DNA of 64,000 nucleotides from an uncultured delta proteobacterium. Lineage in GTDB: Bacteria > Desulfobacterota > Deferrimicrobia > Deferrimicrobiales > Deferrimicrobiaceae. The notes below the pieces were generated by a model. The model was given only the letters and a program-made list of their open reading frames with translations. It made no database searches and was not told the DNA's origin. Shown here one piece after another: positions 1 through 8,765 of the stretch; the first letter of the stretch is position 1; every line of letters starts with the position of its first letter. The position numbers and the translations under genes are program-made. The stretch covers positions 65,622 through 129,621 of the forward strand of contig CAVYRM010000004.1 in NCBI GenBank assembly GCA_963770975.1. The letters run 5' to 3'.

Positions 1-1
1 C

Positions 2-2311
2 TACCTGGAGGGGAAGGGATTTCTCGAAGCGAGGGTATCCATATCCGCCTCGTGCAACATCGAGACCGGTTCGGGAAAGGTTCTTCTGTCGGTCGACGAA
101 GGCCCGGCCGCCTTGATACGGGAGATCCGGACTCCCGGGGCGAAGAAGTTCCCGCCGGACAAGCAGTTGCGGATCGTGGGGATCAGGCCCGGTCAACCGC
201 ACGACGCATCGGCCTGGGAAAAGGGGCTGTCCGGACTGCGAAGGGAATACAAGAAGGAAGGTTTCCTCGCCGTCCGGGTGTCCGGGCCGGTCGCACGCTG
301 CGATCCGGATTCGAAGGAACTCTGCCTGACCCTCGACGTCGAGGAGGGGCCGTGGTACGACCTGAGATGGGAGGGATTACATGCGTATTCCCCGGCCGAA
401 ATCGTCAAGGGCGTCGGGTTGGTCGGGGACGAGGAGTTCTCGGAGAGCTCCCTGCCGCGCGAACTGAGGGACCGGGTGGTCGCCTACTACAAGGGCCGAG
501 ACTTCCTGCGTGCCGATGCGACCGTCGCGGCGGGGGAACCGTCCGCAGGGAGGACGCCCCTCGTCGTATCCGTATCGGAAGGGGAGCGGGGATACATCAA
601 GGAAATCCGCTTCACCGGGAACAAGGGGTTGAGCGAGAAGACGCTCCGGGGACAGATGACATCGAGGGAAAGAGGCGTGTTCCATTGGTTCACCGGTTCG
701 GGAAAGTACCGGGACGAGGAGTGGAACGACGATCTGAACGCGGTCGTAGGGCTCTACCAGAAATCAGGGTATGCCCGGGCGAAGATTCTCGGCGTCGACA
801 ACGTCTGGGACAAACGGGGGGGGATCGTCAAGACGATCCGCATCGAGGAAGGTCCCCTGTACGGTCTGCGGGAGATCGAATTCCAGGGGAACGACCACTT
901 CCTCCCCGCGGAGCTCCTCGCTCTCCTGCGGAACAAGCAGGGTGCGCCGCTCGATTACGCCGGGGTGGAGGCGGACCAGGAGGCCGTGGCCGTCCATTAC
1001 CGGAACGCGGGGTACCTGGACGTCCGCGTCGAAGCGAAGACGCTCTTCGACGAGCAAGGGCATTCCTCCGTGCTGCGGTTCGAGATCGCGGAGGGCCCCC
1101 GGTACCGCCTCGGAATCGTCGTGATCCGGGGGACGGTGCTCACCAAGGGAGCGGCCATCCTCCGGGAGAACACGATCCCGCCGGGCGGGACGGCCGGAGA
1201 GAAGGACCTGCTGCGTTTCCAGCAGGCCGTCTACGCCACGGGACTCTACAAGAGCGTGCGGGTCCAGCGCGTCAAGCGGCCGGAGGAGGGTGTCCTGGAC
1301 CTGGTGTTCGAGGTCGAGGAGGCCCAGTTCTTCGAGGTGGAGTTCGGCGGAGGGTACGGCACCGATACCGGCATCCGGGGATCCGTCGGAATGAAGGAGA
1401 AGAACCTCGACGGGCTGGGGCGCAGCCTCTCCGGTCAGGTCATCGTCAGCCAGAAGGAACAGAGGTACATCGGGGACTTGCGGGAGCCGTGGATCTTCGG
1501 CAACCGGTGGAAGTGGGAAGGGGGACTCACCGGGCTGTACCAGAAGGCCGAGCGCATCAGCTTCAACCTGCGGAAGGCGAGCATCGTGGCGAGCATCACG
1601 CAGAAATTGCTCGAACGGTCTACCGTGTCGCTGCAATACGAGCTTTCGCGCGACCAGGTGTACAACGTCGCCCCGGGGGCGATCCTTTCCCCGGAAGACC
1701 AGGGATACGCCACCGTGGCCGCGGTCCGCGGCCTGGGGGTCCTCGACTTCCGCGACGACCCGTTCAACCCGAAGAAGGGGACTCTCGTATCCGGTCTTGC
1801 GGAACTGGCGACCCTTCCGCTCGGCTCCTCGGTCGACTACTACAAGTTTTCCGGCCAGGCCAGCTACTACTTCACCTTTTACCGGCGGAACACGATCGTC
1901 GCCTCCGGCAGGGCGGGATTGGCGCGGCCGTTCGGGCGGACGGAGGAGGTGCCGATCCAGAAGCGGTTCTTCCTCGGGGGGCGTACGACCGTTCGGGGAT
2001 TCAAGGAGGATTCGCTGGGGGCGAAGAGCGCGGACGGCACCCCGACCGGCGGCGACATGATGGTGAACCTGAACGCCGAGCTGCGCGTTCCGCTCCGTTA
2101 CGGCTTCATCGCGGCGCTCTTCACCGACGCCGGAAGCGTCTGGTTCTTCCGGGACCCCGTGAACGATTTCGACCTGCGGGAAACCGCCGGGTTGGGCGTA
2201 CGGTACATCACCCCCGTCGGTCCGATCGGCCTCGATTACGGCTGGAAGCTGGATCGAAGGGCGGGGGAATCCGCGGCGGAATGGCACTTCACGATCGGGG
2301 CGGTGTTCTAG
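2..2311 (+). CDS. bamA: Outer membrane protein assembly factor BamA (Omp85 family), 5'-truncated by window edge
   Basis: The frame is open from nt 2 (YLEGKGFLEARVS... precedes the ORF-track Met at 113). It has repeated POTRA-like segments (IKEIRFTGNKGLSEKTLR, LREIEFQGNDHF). The C-terminal beta-barrel ends in ...EWHFTIGAVF. Confidence 0.85.
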   Translation, partial: YLEGKGFLEARVSISASCNIETGSGKVLLSVDEGPAALIREIRTPGAKKFPPDKQLRIVGIRPGQPHDASAWEKGLSGLRREYKKEGFLAVRVSGPVARCDPDSKELCLTLDVEEGPWYDLRWEGLHAYSPAEIVKGVGLVGDEEFSESSLPRELRDRVVAYYKGRDFLRADATVAAGEPSAGRTPLVVSVSEGERGYIKEIRFTGNKGLSEKTLRGQMTSRERGVFHWFTGSGKYRDEEWNDDLNAVVGLYQKSGYARAKILGVDNVWDKRGGIVKTIRIEEGPLYGLREIEFQGNDHFLPAELLALLRNKQGAPLDYAGVEADQEAVAVHYRNAGYLDVRVEAKTLFDEQGHSSVLRFEIAEGPRYRLGIVVIRGTVLTKGAAILRENTIPPGGTAGEKDLLRFQQAVYATGLYKSVRVQRVKRPEEGVLDLVFEVEEAQFFEVEFGGGYGTDTGIRGSVGMKEKNLDGLGRSLSGQVIVSQKEQRYIGDLREPWIFGNRWKWEGGLTGLYQKAERISFNLRKASIVASITQKLLERSTVSLQYELSRDQVYNVAPGAILSPEDQGYATVAAVRGLGVLDFRDDPFNPKKGTLVSGLAELATLPLGSSVDYYKFSGQASYYFTFYRRNTIVASGRAGLARPFGRTEEVPIQKRFFLGGRTTVRGFKEDSLGAKSADGTPTGGDMMVNLNAELRVPLRYGFIAALFTDAGSVWFFRDPVNDFDLRETAGLGVRYITPVGPIGLDYGWKLDRRAGESAAEWHFTIGAVF

Positions 2312-2394
2312 GAAACCGGGGGGCGACGCGGTCCCCTTCCGCCGGAACCGGATCGGTCATTTCCGGTTGGGGCGATTCATGGTAATTTCCCTTC

Positions 2395-3834
2395 ATGCCG
2401 GAGGATCGCGACAGAATCCCGGGCCTCCTCCCGGACAGGGCCGGGTGGCGCATCCGGTTCGCGTTGGCTTGGGGCGCCCTCCTGGTTCCGACCGTCGCGG
2501 CGTCCCTCTACTTCGGCGGCGTATGGGCGGGTCCCGGCATCTTTCTCGCGGGCGTCGCGGGAGGCGTGTTGGTCGTCGCCGTGATCGCCACCGTCCTCAT
2601 CGAGAGGACCGTCTTCCGCCCCATCGATCGGCTGCGGGATGCCGTGGCGGAGGAAACCGACGGTCCGCTGCCCGAGGGGAGCGGGCCCCTGGCCCCGTTG
2701 ACGGATGCGATCTCCGGCCGCCTGGACCGGAGCGTCGCATCGTTCCGCGACGCGGTGCGGGACAGGGAAGAACGTCTCGACCAGGTCGATCGGTTGCGCC
2801 GCGCCCTCGAGGAGACGCAGGCCAACCTCGAGTCGAACGTCCAGTACCTCCGGACGATCGCCGAAGTGTCCACCGTCATCACGGGCACCCTCGACCCGGA
2901 CGAGCTGTACCGGATCATCCCCGAACGGGTGATGCGGAAACTGGGGTTGAACGACTTCTGCATCATGCTCTATGCCAGGGAAACGAAACGGCTGGTGGTG
3001 AAATCCTCGTCCGGCAGCGACGGGGCGGTCCCGGCGAATTCCATCGCCCCGGGGGAAGGCATCGCGGGGAGGGTGTTCGTCACCGGGGAATCGGTATGGA
3101 TACCCGACGTGAGCGCTTCTCCGGACGCCCTCAACGCCACCGGGCGGCGCTCGGACATCCGATCGATCCTCTGCGTCCCTCTCGTGTCGAAGGGAAGGAA
3201 CATCGGGGTCCTGACCCTCAACCACGCCAAGCCGAACGCTTTCGAGCCCGAGCTGCTGCCGACGATGCGCGTCCTGGCATCGTACCTCGCCATCGCGGTC
3301 GAAAACGCCGAACTGTTCGGATTCGTGAAGTCGCTGGCCGAAAAGGATTCCCTGACCCTGTTGTACAATCACGGCGCGTTCCACGAGAAGCTCGGCATCG
3401 AGCTGGAGCGGGCGAACCGGTACACGCGGCCGATGGCGGTCATCATGCTCGACCTGGACGGCTTCAAGGAGATCAACGACAGCTACGGGCACACGATGGG
3501 CGACCGGGTGCTGGTCCTGGTGGCCGGCGCGCTGGGGGCGCACCTGCGGAAGTCGGACATCGCCGCCCGGTACGGAGGGGACGAGTTCGCCGTGATCCTC
3601 CCGGAGACCGACCTGTCCTCGGCGGCGGTCATCGCGGAGCGCATCGCGGAGGGGATTTCCGGCGTCCGCCTGGACACCGACCGGGGTGATATCATCTCCT
3701 TTTCGGCGAGCGTCGGGTATGCCGCCTGTTCCCCCGACTCTCCGGGGAGAACGGAGATCCTCAACGTGGCGGATCGCCTCATGTACGAATCGAAGCGCCG
3801 GGGCCGCGGCGGCGTCCTCGGAATACAGATCTGA
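2395..3834 (+). CDS. Membrane-anchored diguanylate cyclase (TM-linker/coiled coil-GAF-GGDEF)
   Basis: Two N-terminal hydrophobic helices are followed by a GAF-like middle region (GEGIAGRVFVTGESVWIPDV). The GGDEF domain reads RYGGDEFAVIL, with an RxxD I-site (RKSD) 5 residues upstream. Confidence 0.85.
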   Translation: MPEDRDRIPGLLPDRAGWRIRFALAWGALLVPTVAASLYFGGVWAGPGIFLAGVAGGVLVVAVIATVLIERTVFRPIDRLRDAVAEETDGPLPEGSGPLAPLTDAISGRLDRSVASFRDAVRDREERLDQVDRLRRALEETQANLESNVQYLRTIAEVSTVITGTLDPDELYRIIPERVMRKLGLNDFCIMLYARETKRLVVKSSSGSDGAVPANSIAPGEGIAGRVFVTGESVWIPDVSASPDALNATGRRSDIRSILCVPLVSKGRNIGVLTLNHAKPNAFEPELLPTMRVLASYLAIAVENAELFGFVKSLAEKDSLTLLYNHGAFHEKLGIELERANRYTRPMAVIMLDLDGFKEINDSYGHTMGDRVLVLVAGALGAHLRKSDIAARYGGDEFAVILPETDLSSAAVIAERIAEGISGVRLDTDRGDIISFSASVGYAACSPDSPGRTEILNVADRLMYESKRRGRGGVLGIQI

Positions 3835-3844
3835 AGGAGCCCGG

Positions 3845-4551
3845 ATGGACCGCGGACTCGTCGAGAGATACCGGCTGGCCCTCTTTGGGCGCATGGTGAT
3901 GGGCGTCGCGCACGAGGTGGACAACCACCTCAGCGTGGTCCTCGGGTTCTCCGAGCTGATCCAGTTCGCCTCCGGGAACGAGGGGAAGGTCCGTGACGGC
4001 GCGGGAAAGATACTGGCCGCCGGGGAGAAGATCGGCGCGATCATCCAGCACTTCTCCAGGTATGTCCGCCCGCACCTGCCCGTCCCGGAACCGTTCGTTC
4101 CCGGGGAGGTGATCCGGGAGATCCTCCGTTCTCGCGGTACGACCTCGGCCGCGGCAACGTCGTGTTGTCTCCGCCGGAGGATCTTCCCAATGCCCTGATC
4201 GTCGCCGATCGGAGGGATTTCGCCCTGGCGCTCCTCGCGCTCCTGTTCAACGGTTCGGAGGCGATGGCCGGAACGGGAGGGGAGCTTTCGGTCCGGGTGT
4301 CCCGCGACGAGTCGGCCTGGGAATTCACCGTGGAAGACCAGGGGCCCGGGATTCCTCCCGGCATCGCGGAGCGTGTATTCGAAGAGGGGTTCACCACGCA
4401 TTCCGGTTCGTATCAATCCGGCATGGGCCTCCCGGTGGCGCGGCACCTCGCGGAACTTGCGGGGGGAAGCGTTCGTTTGTCGCCCCGCGCCAACGGGGGA
4501 TGCTCGGCCACCCTCCGGTGGCTGTCGAAGCCGCCGGTGCCTGCGTCGTGA
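3845..4551 (+). pseudogene. Soluble sensor-less histidine kinase (HisKA + HATPase_c) interrupted by a single frameshift
   Basis: ATG 3845 is preceded by AAGGAG. The H-box MGVAHEVDNHLSVV lies in the frame of ORF 3686..4198. The ATPase boxes (LLFNGSEAM, DQGPGIPP, GMGLPVARH) lie in the frame of ORF 4162..4551. The two frames join only through a 1-nt shift near 4127-4132 (...EVIREILR | FSRYDLGRGNVVLS...). Confidence 0.6.
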
Positions 4552-4575
4552 ACAGGCTCCCTCGGACGATCGATC

Positions 4576-4938
4576 TTGATCCGCATCGTCTATTTCCTTC
4601 CCGCTCCTGAAGAATCCCGCACGCTCCCTTTCGAGTGCGCCTGCTGCGGGGCGCGTTACATCGTGAAGCGAAGGGGGATGCGTCTCTTCGGCGGCGAGAC
4701 GTTCGAGGGAGAGATCTGCCCCGAGTGTGTCCTGGCCGGGCCCGCAGGGGCCGCCGCGAAGGTCCGGGGGCGGATGATCGGGTCGAGCGTGCCGCCCGAG
4801 GGCGATACGGGCGACGGGAAGGATCGGGGCAGCTGGGTGCGCAGGCTGGAATCCCGCGCGATCCTGCTGGAGGAGGAATCGTCGTTTCCCCTGGTCGCCC
4901 GCCAGGCGGCGGTGCGGGAGACGAGGGAGAGGAGGTGA
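4576..4938 (+). CDS. Hypothetical small protein with CxxC...CxxC zinc-ribbon-like motif
   Basis: The 120-aa ORF has a TTG start and high GC3. It carries ECACCG...CPEC cysteine pairs. No Shine-Dalgarno sequence is seen and no family is recognised. The overlapping ORF 4635..4991 is Arg-rich and looks spurious. Confidence 0.35.
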   Translation: MIRIVYFLPAPEESRTLPFECACCGARYIVKRRGMRLFGGETFEGEICPECVLAGPAGAAAKVRGRMIGSSVPPEGDTGDGKDRGSWVRRLESRAILLEEESSFPLVARQAAVRETRERR

Positions 4939-4991
4939 CGTTGTGCCGAAGGGGAATTTCGCCCCGACGGGTTTCCCTATCCCCCGGATGA

Positions 4992-6115
4992 TTACGGGAG
5001 GACGACGTTCCGATACCGGTACGTGGGCACCGGACGGCCGGGACGGAACCGGCTGAGTTTCCGGAAGTCGATCTTCACCCGTCCCTTGAGCAGCATGTCG
5101 AGGCTCTCGCGGAGCAGGCATTCCAGGTCTTCCGGGGGCATCTCGATCCGGGCGTTGAACACCAGGCGGGCTTTCGGCGTGGACTCGTCGACATCGCCCC
5201 GAACGTCGATTTCCCCTTTCAGGCAGGTCATGTTGACCGCGCACGTCTTGTCGCCCGTCGACATCAGGATCTTGACGTGTCCCACCGGGGCCTTGCGTTC
5301 CCGGCATGCGCTCTGGATGCGCTTCATCAGGAACAGGCAGAGCAGGCGCCAGTCGGGCACGCAACATTTATTCGCGTGGAGGGCGATGTCGGCGTTCAGC
5401 CAGCCAAGGGCCGCTTCTCCCTCGGCGTAGGTATCGTAATCGATATCGGCGATTCCGGCTGACGGCCTGGCCCGCGAGGAGAGCACGTCGTCCAGCCATT
5501 CCGCCACCCCCTCCCCGGTCAGGGAGGAAACCGTTCGCACCGGGGTGTCGGTGAACATGTCCGAAAATTTTTTCGTGAGGATTCCTGACGCCGGCTTTGC
5601 CCAGGAGGTCGATCTTGTTGATCAGGATCCGGTCCGCCTCCTCGAACTGTTTCCGGACGATGTAGGCGGTGCTGCGATGCATCGCTTTCTGCTTCCCTTC
5701 GAGCACGCAGGACGCCCGTTCCGGGTCCGCCAGGACGGTGAGGGGCGTGGGGATGAAATCCTCACGGAACCGTTCCTTCAAGGGCTGCAGGATCGCCCCG
5801 GACAGGTCCGTGCAACTTCCCACCGGCTCGGCCAGCAGCACGTCGGCCCGGAGCTTGTTGCGGAGTTTCCCGGCGGCCCGGATCAGTCCCTGGAAGTTGC
5901 AGCAGAAGCAGCTCCCGCCGACCTCTCCGACGCTCAATCCCTTCCGTTTGAGAAGAGCGGTGTCGACCAGGCCGGGGGCCTGGTCGTTCGTGATGAGCCC
6001 CACCCGTTTCCCCCGGGCGAGCAGGATGCTCGCCGCGGCGCCACAGCAGGGTCGTTTTTCCCGCACCCAGAAACCCTCCGACGAAGATGATGTGGACGAG
6101 ATTCCTGGCGGCGAT
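4992..6115 (-). pseudogene. G3E-family P-loop GTPase (CobW/HypB/UreG-like metallochaperone), disrupted
   Basis: The gene is split across three frames. The first holds the P-loop IIFVGGFLGAGKTTLL (about 6044-6090). The second holds ...AAASILLARGKRVGLITNDQ...GGSCFCCN...LAEPVGSCTDL...INKIDLL (ORF 5368..6066). The third holds the C-terminal part FTDTPVRTVSSLTGEGV... (ORF 4992..5558). Shifts fall near 6035-6045 and 5590-5605. There is no ATG/GTG/TTG between the upstream stop (6161-6163) and the P-loop. Confidence 0.6.
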
Positions 6116-6228
6116 GGCGGTATCCCCCTGGAAGGGTGATGGGGAACTGCAGTTACGATATCAGAAATGGATATTGTTTATAAAGGAAAATCGAACGGCC
6201 ATCCGTGGGCCAAAATGAACCAGTCGAG

Positions 6229-6271
6229 TTTTAAAACGGAAACAGGGAATCCGGCGCCTATCCGGATTCCC
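6229..6271 (-). terminator. Intrinsic terminator downstream of tRNA-Leu
   Basis: A 10-bp perfect stem GGGAATCCGG / CCGGATTCCC (6245-6254 / 6262-6271) encloses a 7-nt loop. On the minus strand it is followed by TGTTTCCGTTTTAA. Confidence 0.55.
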
Positions 6272-6285
6272 TGCAGGTATTAAAG

Positions 6286-6372
6286 TGGTGCCGAAGAGGG
6301 GAGTTGAACCCCTACGCCCTTGCGGGCACCAGACCCTGAATCTGGCGCGTCTGCCAGTTCCGCCACTTCGGC
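6286..6372 (-). tRNA. tRNA-Leu (anticodon CAG), long variable arm, encoded CCA
   Basis: The minus-strand 87-nt sequence is GCCGAAGTGGCGG...CCAGA-TTCAGGG-TCTGG...AGGGGTTCAACTCCCCTCTTCGGCACCA. The acceptor stem GCCGAAG/CTTCGGC, the T-arm GGGG-TTCAACT-CCCC and anticodon-loop positions 34-36 = CAG are all readable. Confidence 0.92.
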
Positions 6373-6472
6373 ACGCATTACGCGGAAGAAAAAGGGTATC
6401 CCAAAACCTCCCTTCGCGGCAATCCCCAAAATATTCTCCCCGGCGGCCGTTATGATGGGAGAGTATTCCTCC

Positions 6473-8740
6473 ATGGAGGAGGATCGGCGGATGCGGGACC
6501 AGGCATATTGGGAACGGTGGCTCCGGAGTCGGCCCGGCGCGTTGTCGGAGCGTCGCGCCTCCGTGAAGGATTGGTACCGCGAGGCCGGGGTGGAGAAAGG
6601 CGAACGCCGCGCGTTCAAGGCGGCGCTGAAAGCGCTCAACCCGGACGGGCTCGCGGGGAAGCGGGAGAAGAAGCCGCCACGCCGCGGAAAGTCCCGGTTC
6701 GATGTCCCGCGGGAGTCGCAGGGCGGGCGCGCGCCCGGGAGGGACGGCGGCGGCCGGATCGTGGAAGGCCGCTTGCGATTCACGCGGGAGGGACGCCCCC
6801 TGGTCATCCCGGAGAATCCCGAGGAACGGGCGGTCCGGGTTCCCGGGGACGCCCTGTCCGGCGCATGGCCGAAGGACCGGGTGGCGGTGCGGCTCGAACG
6901 CCGGCGCGGCGGGTCGCCGCCCTACGGACGGATCGAGCGGATCCTCGAGCGCGGGATCCGGGCCTTCGTCGGCCGTTTCGTCCCGGTGGACCGCCGTTCC
7001 TTCGTCCGCTTCCGGGACCGGGAGTCGGATCTGATGATCGAGGCCGTCTTCCCGGCGGGAGCCGTCGCGGAGCCCGGCGACCTCGTCCTCGCGGAAATCT
7101 CGGAATACCCCTCGGGACGCGAGACGGGCCGCGCGCGCGTCGTGCGGATTCTCGGGAAGTCGCACACGATGGAGACCATCTTCCTCGCGGTCGCCTCGAC
7201 GCTGGATCTCCCTGTGGCCTTCCCGGAGCCCGTGGAGGAGGACGCGTCGCGCATCCCCCAGGCGGTTCACCTGTCCGCCTGCGGCGACGGCGTGTCCCAC
7301 GGGAAGGAGGTGTTGCCCCGGGCCGACCAGCGGGCCCTCCCGTTTGTCACGATCGACGGGGAGGACGCCCGCGATTTCGACGACGCGGTCTGCCTCGTCC
7401 GGGAAGGAGATGGGTTCCGGCTCCACGTGGCGATCGCCGACGTCGCCCACTACGTGGAGCCGAGGTCGTCCCTCGACCGGGAGGCGTACAGCCGCGGGAC
7501 CAGCGTCTACTTTCCGGACCGGTGCATCCCCATGCTTCCGCCGGAGCTGTCCGAAGGAATCTGCAGTCTGAAGCCCGACGTGAACCGTCTCACGATGACG
7601 GTGGAGATCCCGATCCGGCCGGGAGGTGAACCGGGGACTCCCTCGTTCTTCCCCTCCGTGATCCGTAGCAGGGCGCGGCTGACCTATCGCGAAGTCCATG
7701 CGTTCCTCACGTCGGGTCGGCGCGAAGGGGAAGCGGAAGGGGCACAGGCCCCGAACATCGGACCGGCGATCGGCCGCATGCTGCAGGACATGGAGACGGC
7801 CGCGGGATGGCTCACGCTGGCCCGGTCCGGACGCGGGGCACTCGACCTCGATCTGCCGGAAACCGAGATCGGCGTGGCGGACGGGATGCCCGTCTCCGCG
7901 CAGCCGTCGGAACGGTTCGAATCGCACCGGATCATCGAGGAGTTCATGCTCCTCGCCAACACGGCGGTAGCCGTCTTCCTCTCCCACCGGGGCGACGCCT
8001 TTCTCTTCCGGATCCACGAAGAGCCCGCCCGGGACAAGATCGAGGAGTTCGAGGCGGCGGCCGGGCGCCTCCTGCGCCGCTCCCTTCCCGCCGGCCGGGT
8101 CGACACGGCTTCCCGCCTGCAGGCCTGGGCGGACCTGGCCCGGGGTGGAAAGTACGAGCGCGCGGTGCACAGGATGCTCCTGCGCAGCCTGATGCTCGCC
8201 CGGTACGGCCCGGAAACCAGGGGACATTTCGGGCTGGCGCTTTCCCGCTACACCCATTTCACCTCTCCGATCCGGCGCTACCCGGACCTCGTGGTCCACC
8301 GGGTGCTGAGGGCGGCGCTCGGGGACGGGGGATCGGCCGGTTACCTCGCGACCCTTCGGGAAAAATGGCCGGAGGTCGGAAGCCACCTGTCCGGGAGGGA
8401 GCGGATCGCCATGGAGGCGGAACGATCGGTCGAGCAACGCGCGAAGGCGCTGTACATGGAGGGCCAGGTGGGACGCACGTTCGAAGGGACCGTCTCCTCC
8501 CTCGTCTCTTCGGGGTTCTTCGTCGAACTGGAGGACCGGATGGTCGAGGGGATGGTCCACGTCTCCACCCTGCGGGACGACGAGTACCGGTTCGCTCCGG
8601 ACCGGATGGAATGGGTGGGCCTGTACCGGAAGCGGCGGATCGGCATGGGCGACCGCGTGCGCATCCGGGTCCGCCGGGCCGACCCCGATCGGGGAGAGGT
8701 GGACTTCCTGTTGGTTGAAAAGCTCCCCGAATCCCCATAA
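6473..8740 (+). CDS. rnr: Ribonuclease R (3'-5' exoribonuclease, RNB + S1 domains)
   Basis: This is the 806-aa ORF. The RNB core contains ...PFVTIDGEDARDFDDAV...YFPDRCIPMLP...FTSPIRRYPDLVVHR. The C-terminal S1 region reads GTVSSLVSSGFFVELE. The ORF-track start at 6320 overlaps the tRNA, so ATG 6473 (or 6452/6491) was chosen downstream of it. Confidence 0.88.
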   Translation: MEEDRRMRDQAYWERWLRSRPGALSERRASVKDWYREAGVEKGERRAFKAALKALNPDGLAGKREKKPPRRGKSRFDVPRESQGGRAPGRDGGGRIVEGRLRFTREGRPLVIPENPEERAVRVPGDALSGAWPKDRVAVRLERRRGGSPPYGRIERILERGIRAFVGRFVPVDRRSFVRFRDRESDLMIEAVFPAGAVAEPGDLVLAEISEYPSGRETGRARVVRILGKSHTMETIFLAVASTLDLPVAFPEPVEEDASRIPQAVHLSACGDGVSHGKEVLPRADQRALPFVTIDGEDARDFDDAVCLVREGDGFRLHVAIADVAHYVEPRSSLDREAYSRGTSVYFPDRCIPMLPPELSEGICSLKPDVNRLTMTVEIPIRPGGEPGTPSFFPSVIRSRARLTYREVHAFLTSGRREGEAEGAQAPNIGPAIGRMLQDMETAAGWLTLARSGRGALDLDLPETEIGVADGMPVSAQPSERFESHRIIEEFMLLANTAVAVFLSHRGDAFLFRIHEEPARDKIEEFEAAAGRLLRRSLPAGRVDTASRLQAWADLARGGKYERAVHRMLLRSLMLARYGPETRGHFGLALSRYTHFTSPIRRYPDLVVHRVLRAALGDGGSAGYLATLREKWPEVGSHLSGRERIAMEAERSVEQRAKALYMEGQVGRTFEGTVSSLVSSGFFVELEDRMVEGMVHVSTLRDDEYRFAPDRMEWVGLYRKRRIGMGDRVRIRVRRADPDRGEVDFLLVEKLPESP

Positions 8741-8765
8741 AATGAAGGGCAACCTGGGGGGAAAC

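Noticed and set aside
4380-4389. A 10-nt identity (CGAAGAGGGG) between the histidine-kinase coding region and the 3' half of tRNA-Leu (6292-6301). It was considered as a possible attL/attR pair marking an island containing the decayed genes.
   Set aside because: A 10-mer match is expected by chance at roughly the 0.1 level in 64 kb on both strands. It falls in a conserved kinase motif (FEEGF). No integrase, excisionase or other mobile gene lies between the sites.
2377-5367. Very long ORFs antisense to, or out of frame with, the annotated genes. Examples are 2377..5367(-) 996 aa, 6161..9328(-) 1055 aa, 8259..12977(-) 1572 aa, 22808..26170(-) 1120 aa, 47202..50483(-) 1093 aa, 52271..55105(-) 944 aa, and 10151..13555(+) upstream of nadC.
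   Set aside because: Their translations are dominated by Arg, Pro, Gly and Asp runs with no recognisable domains. They mirror well-supported genes on the other strand or frame. Stop-codon scarcity in GC-rich DNA produces exactly this artefact.
6320-6472. The N-terminal 51 codons of the 806-aa rnr ORF.
   Set aside because: This segment overlaps tRNA-Leu (6286-6372) on the opposite strand and has no RNase R-like sequence. In-frame ATGs at 6452/6473/6491 downstream of the tRNA are more plausible starts.
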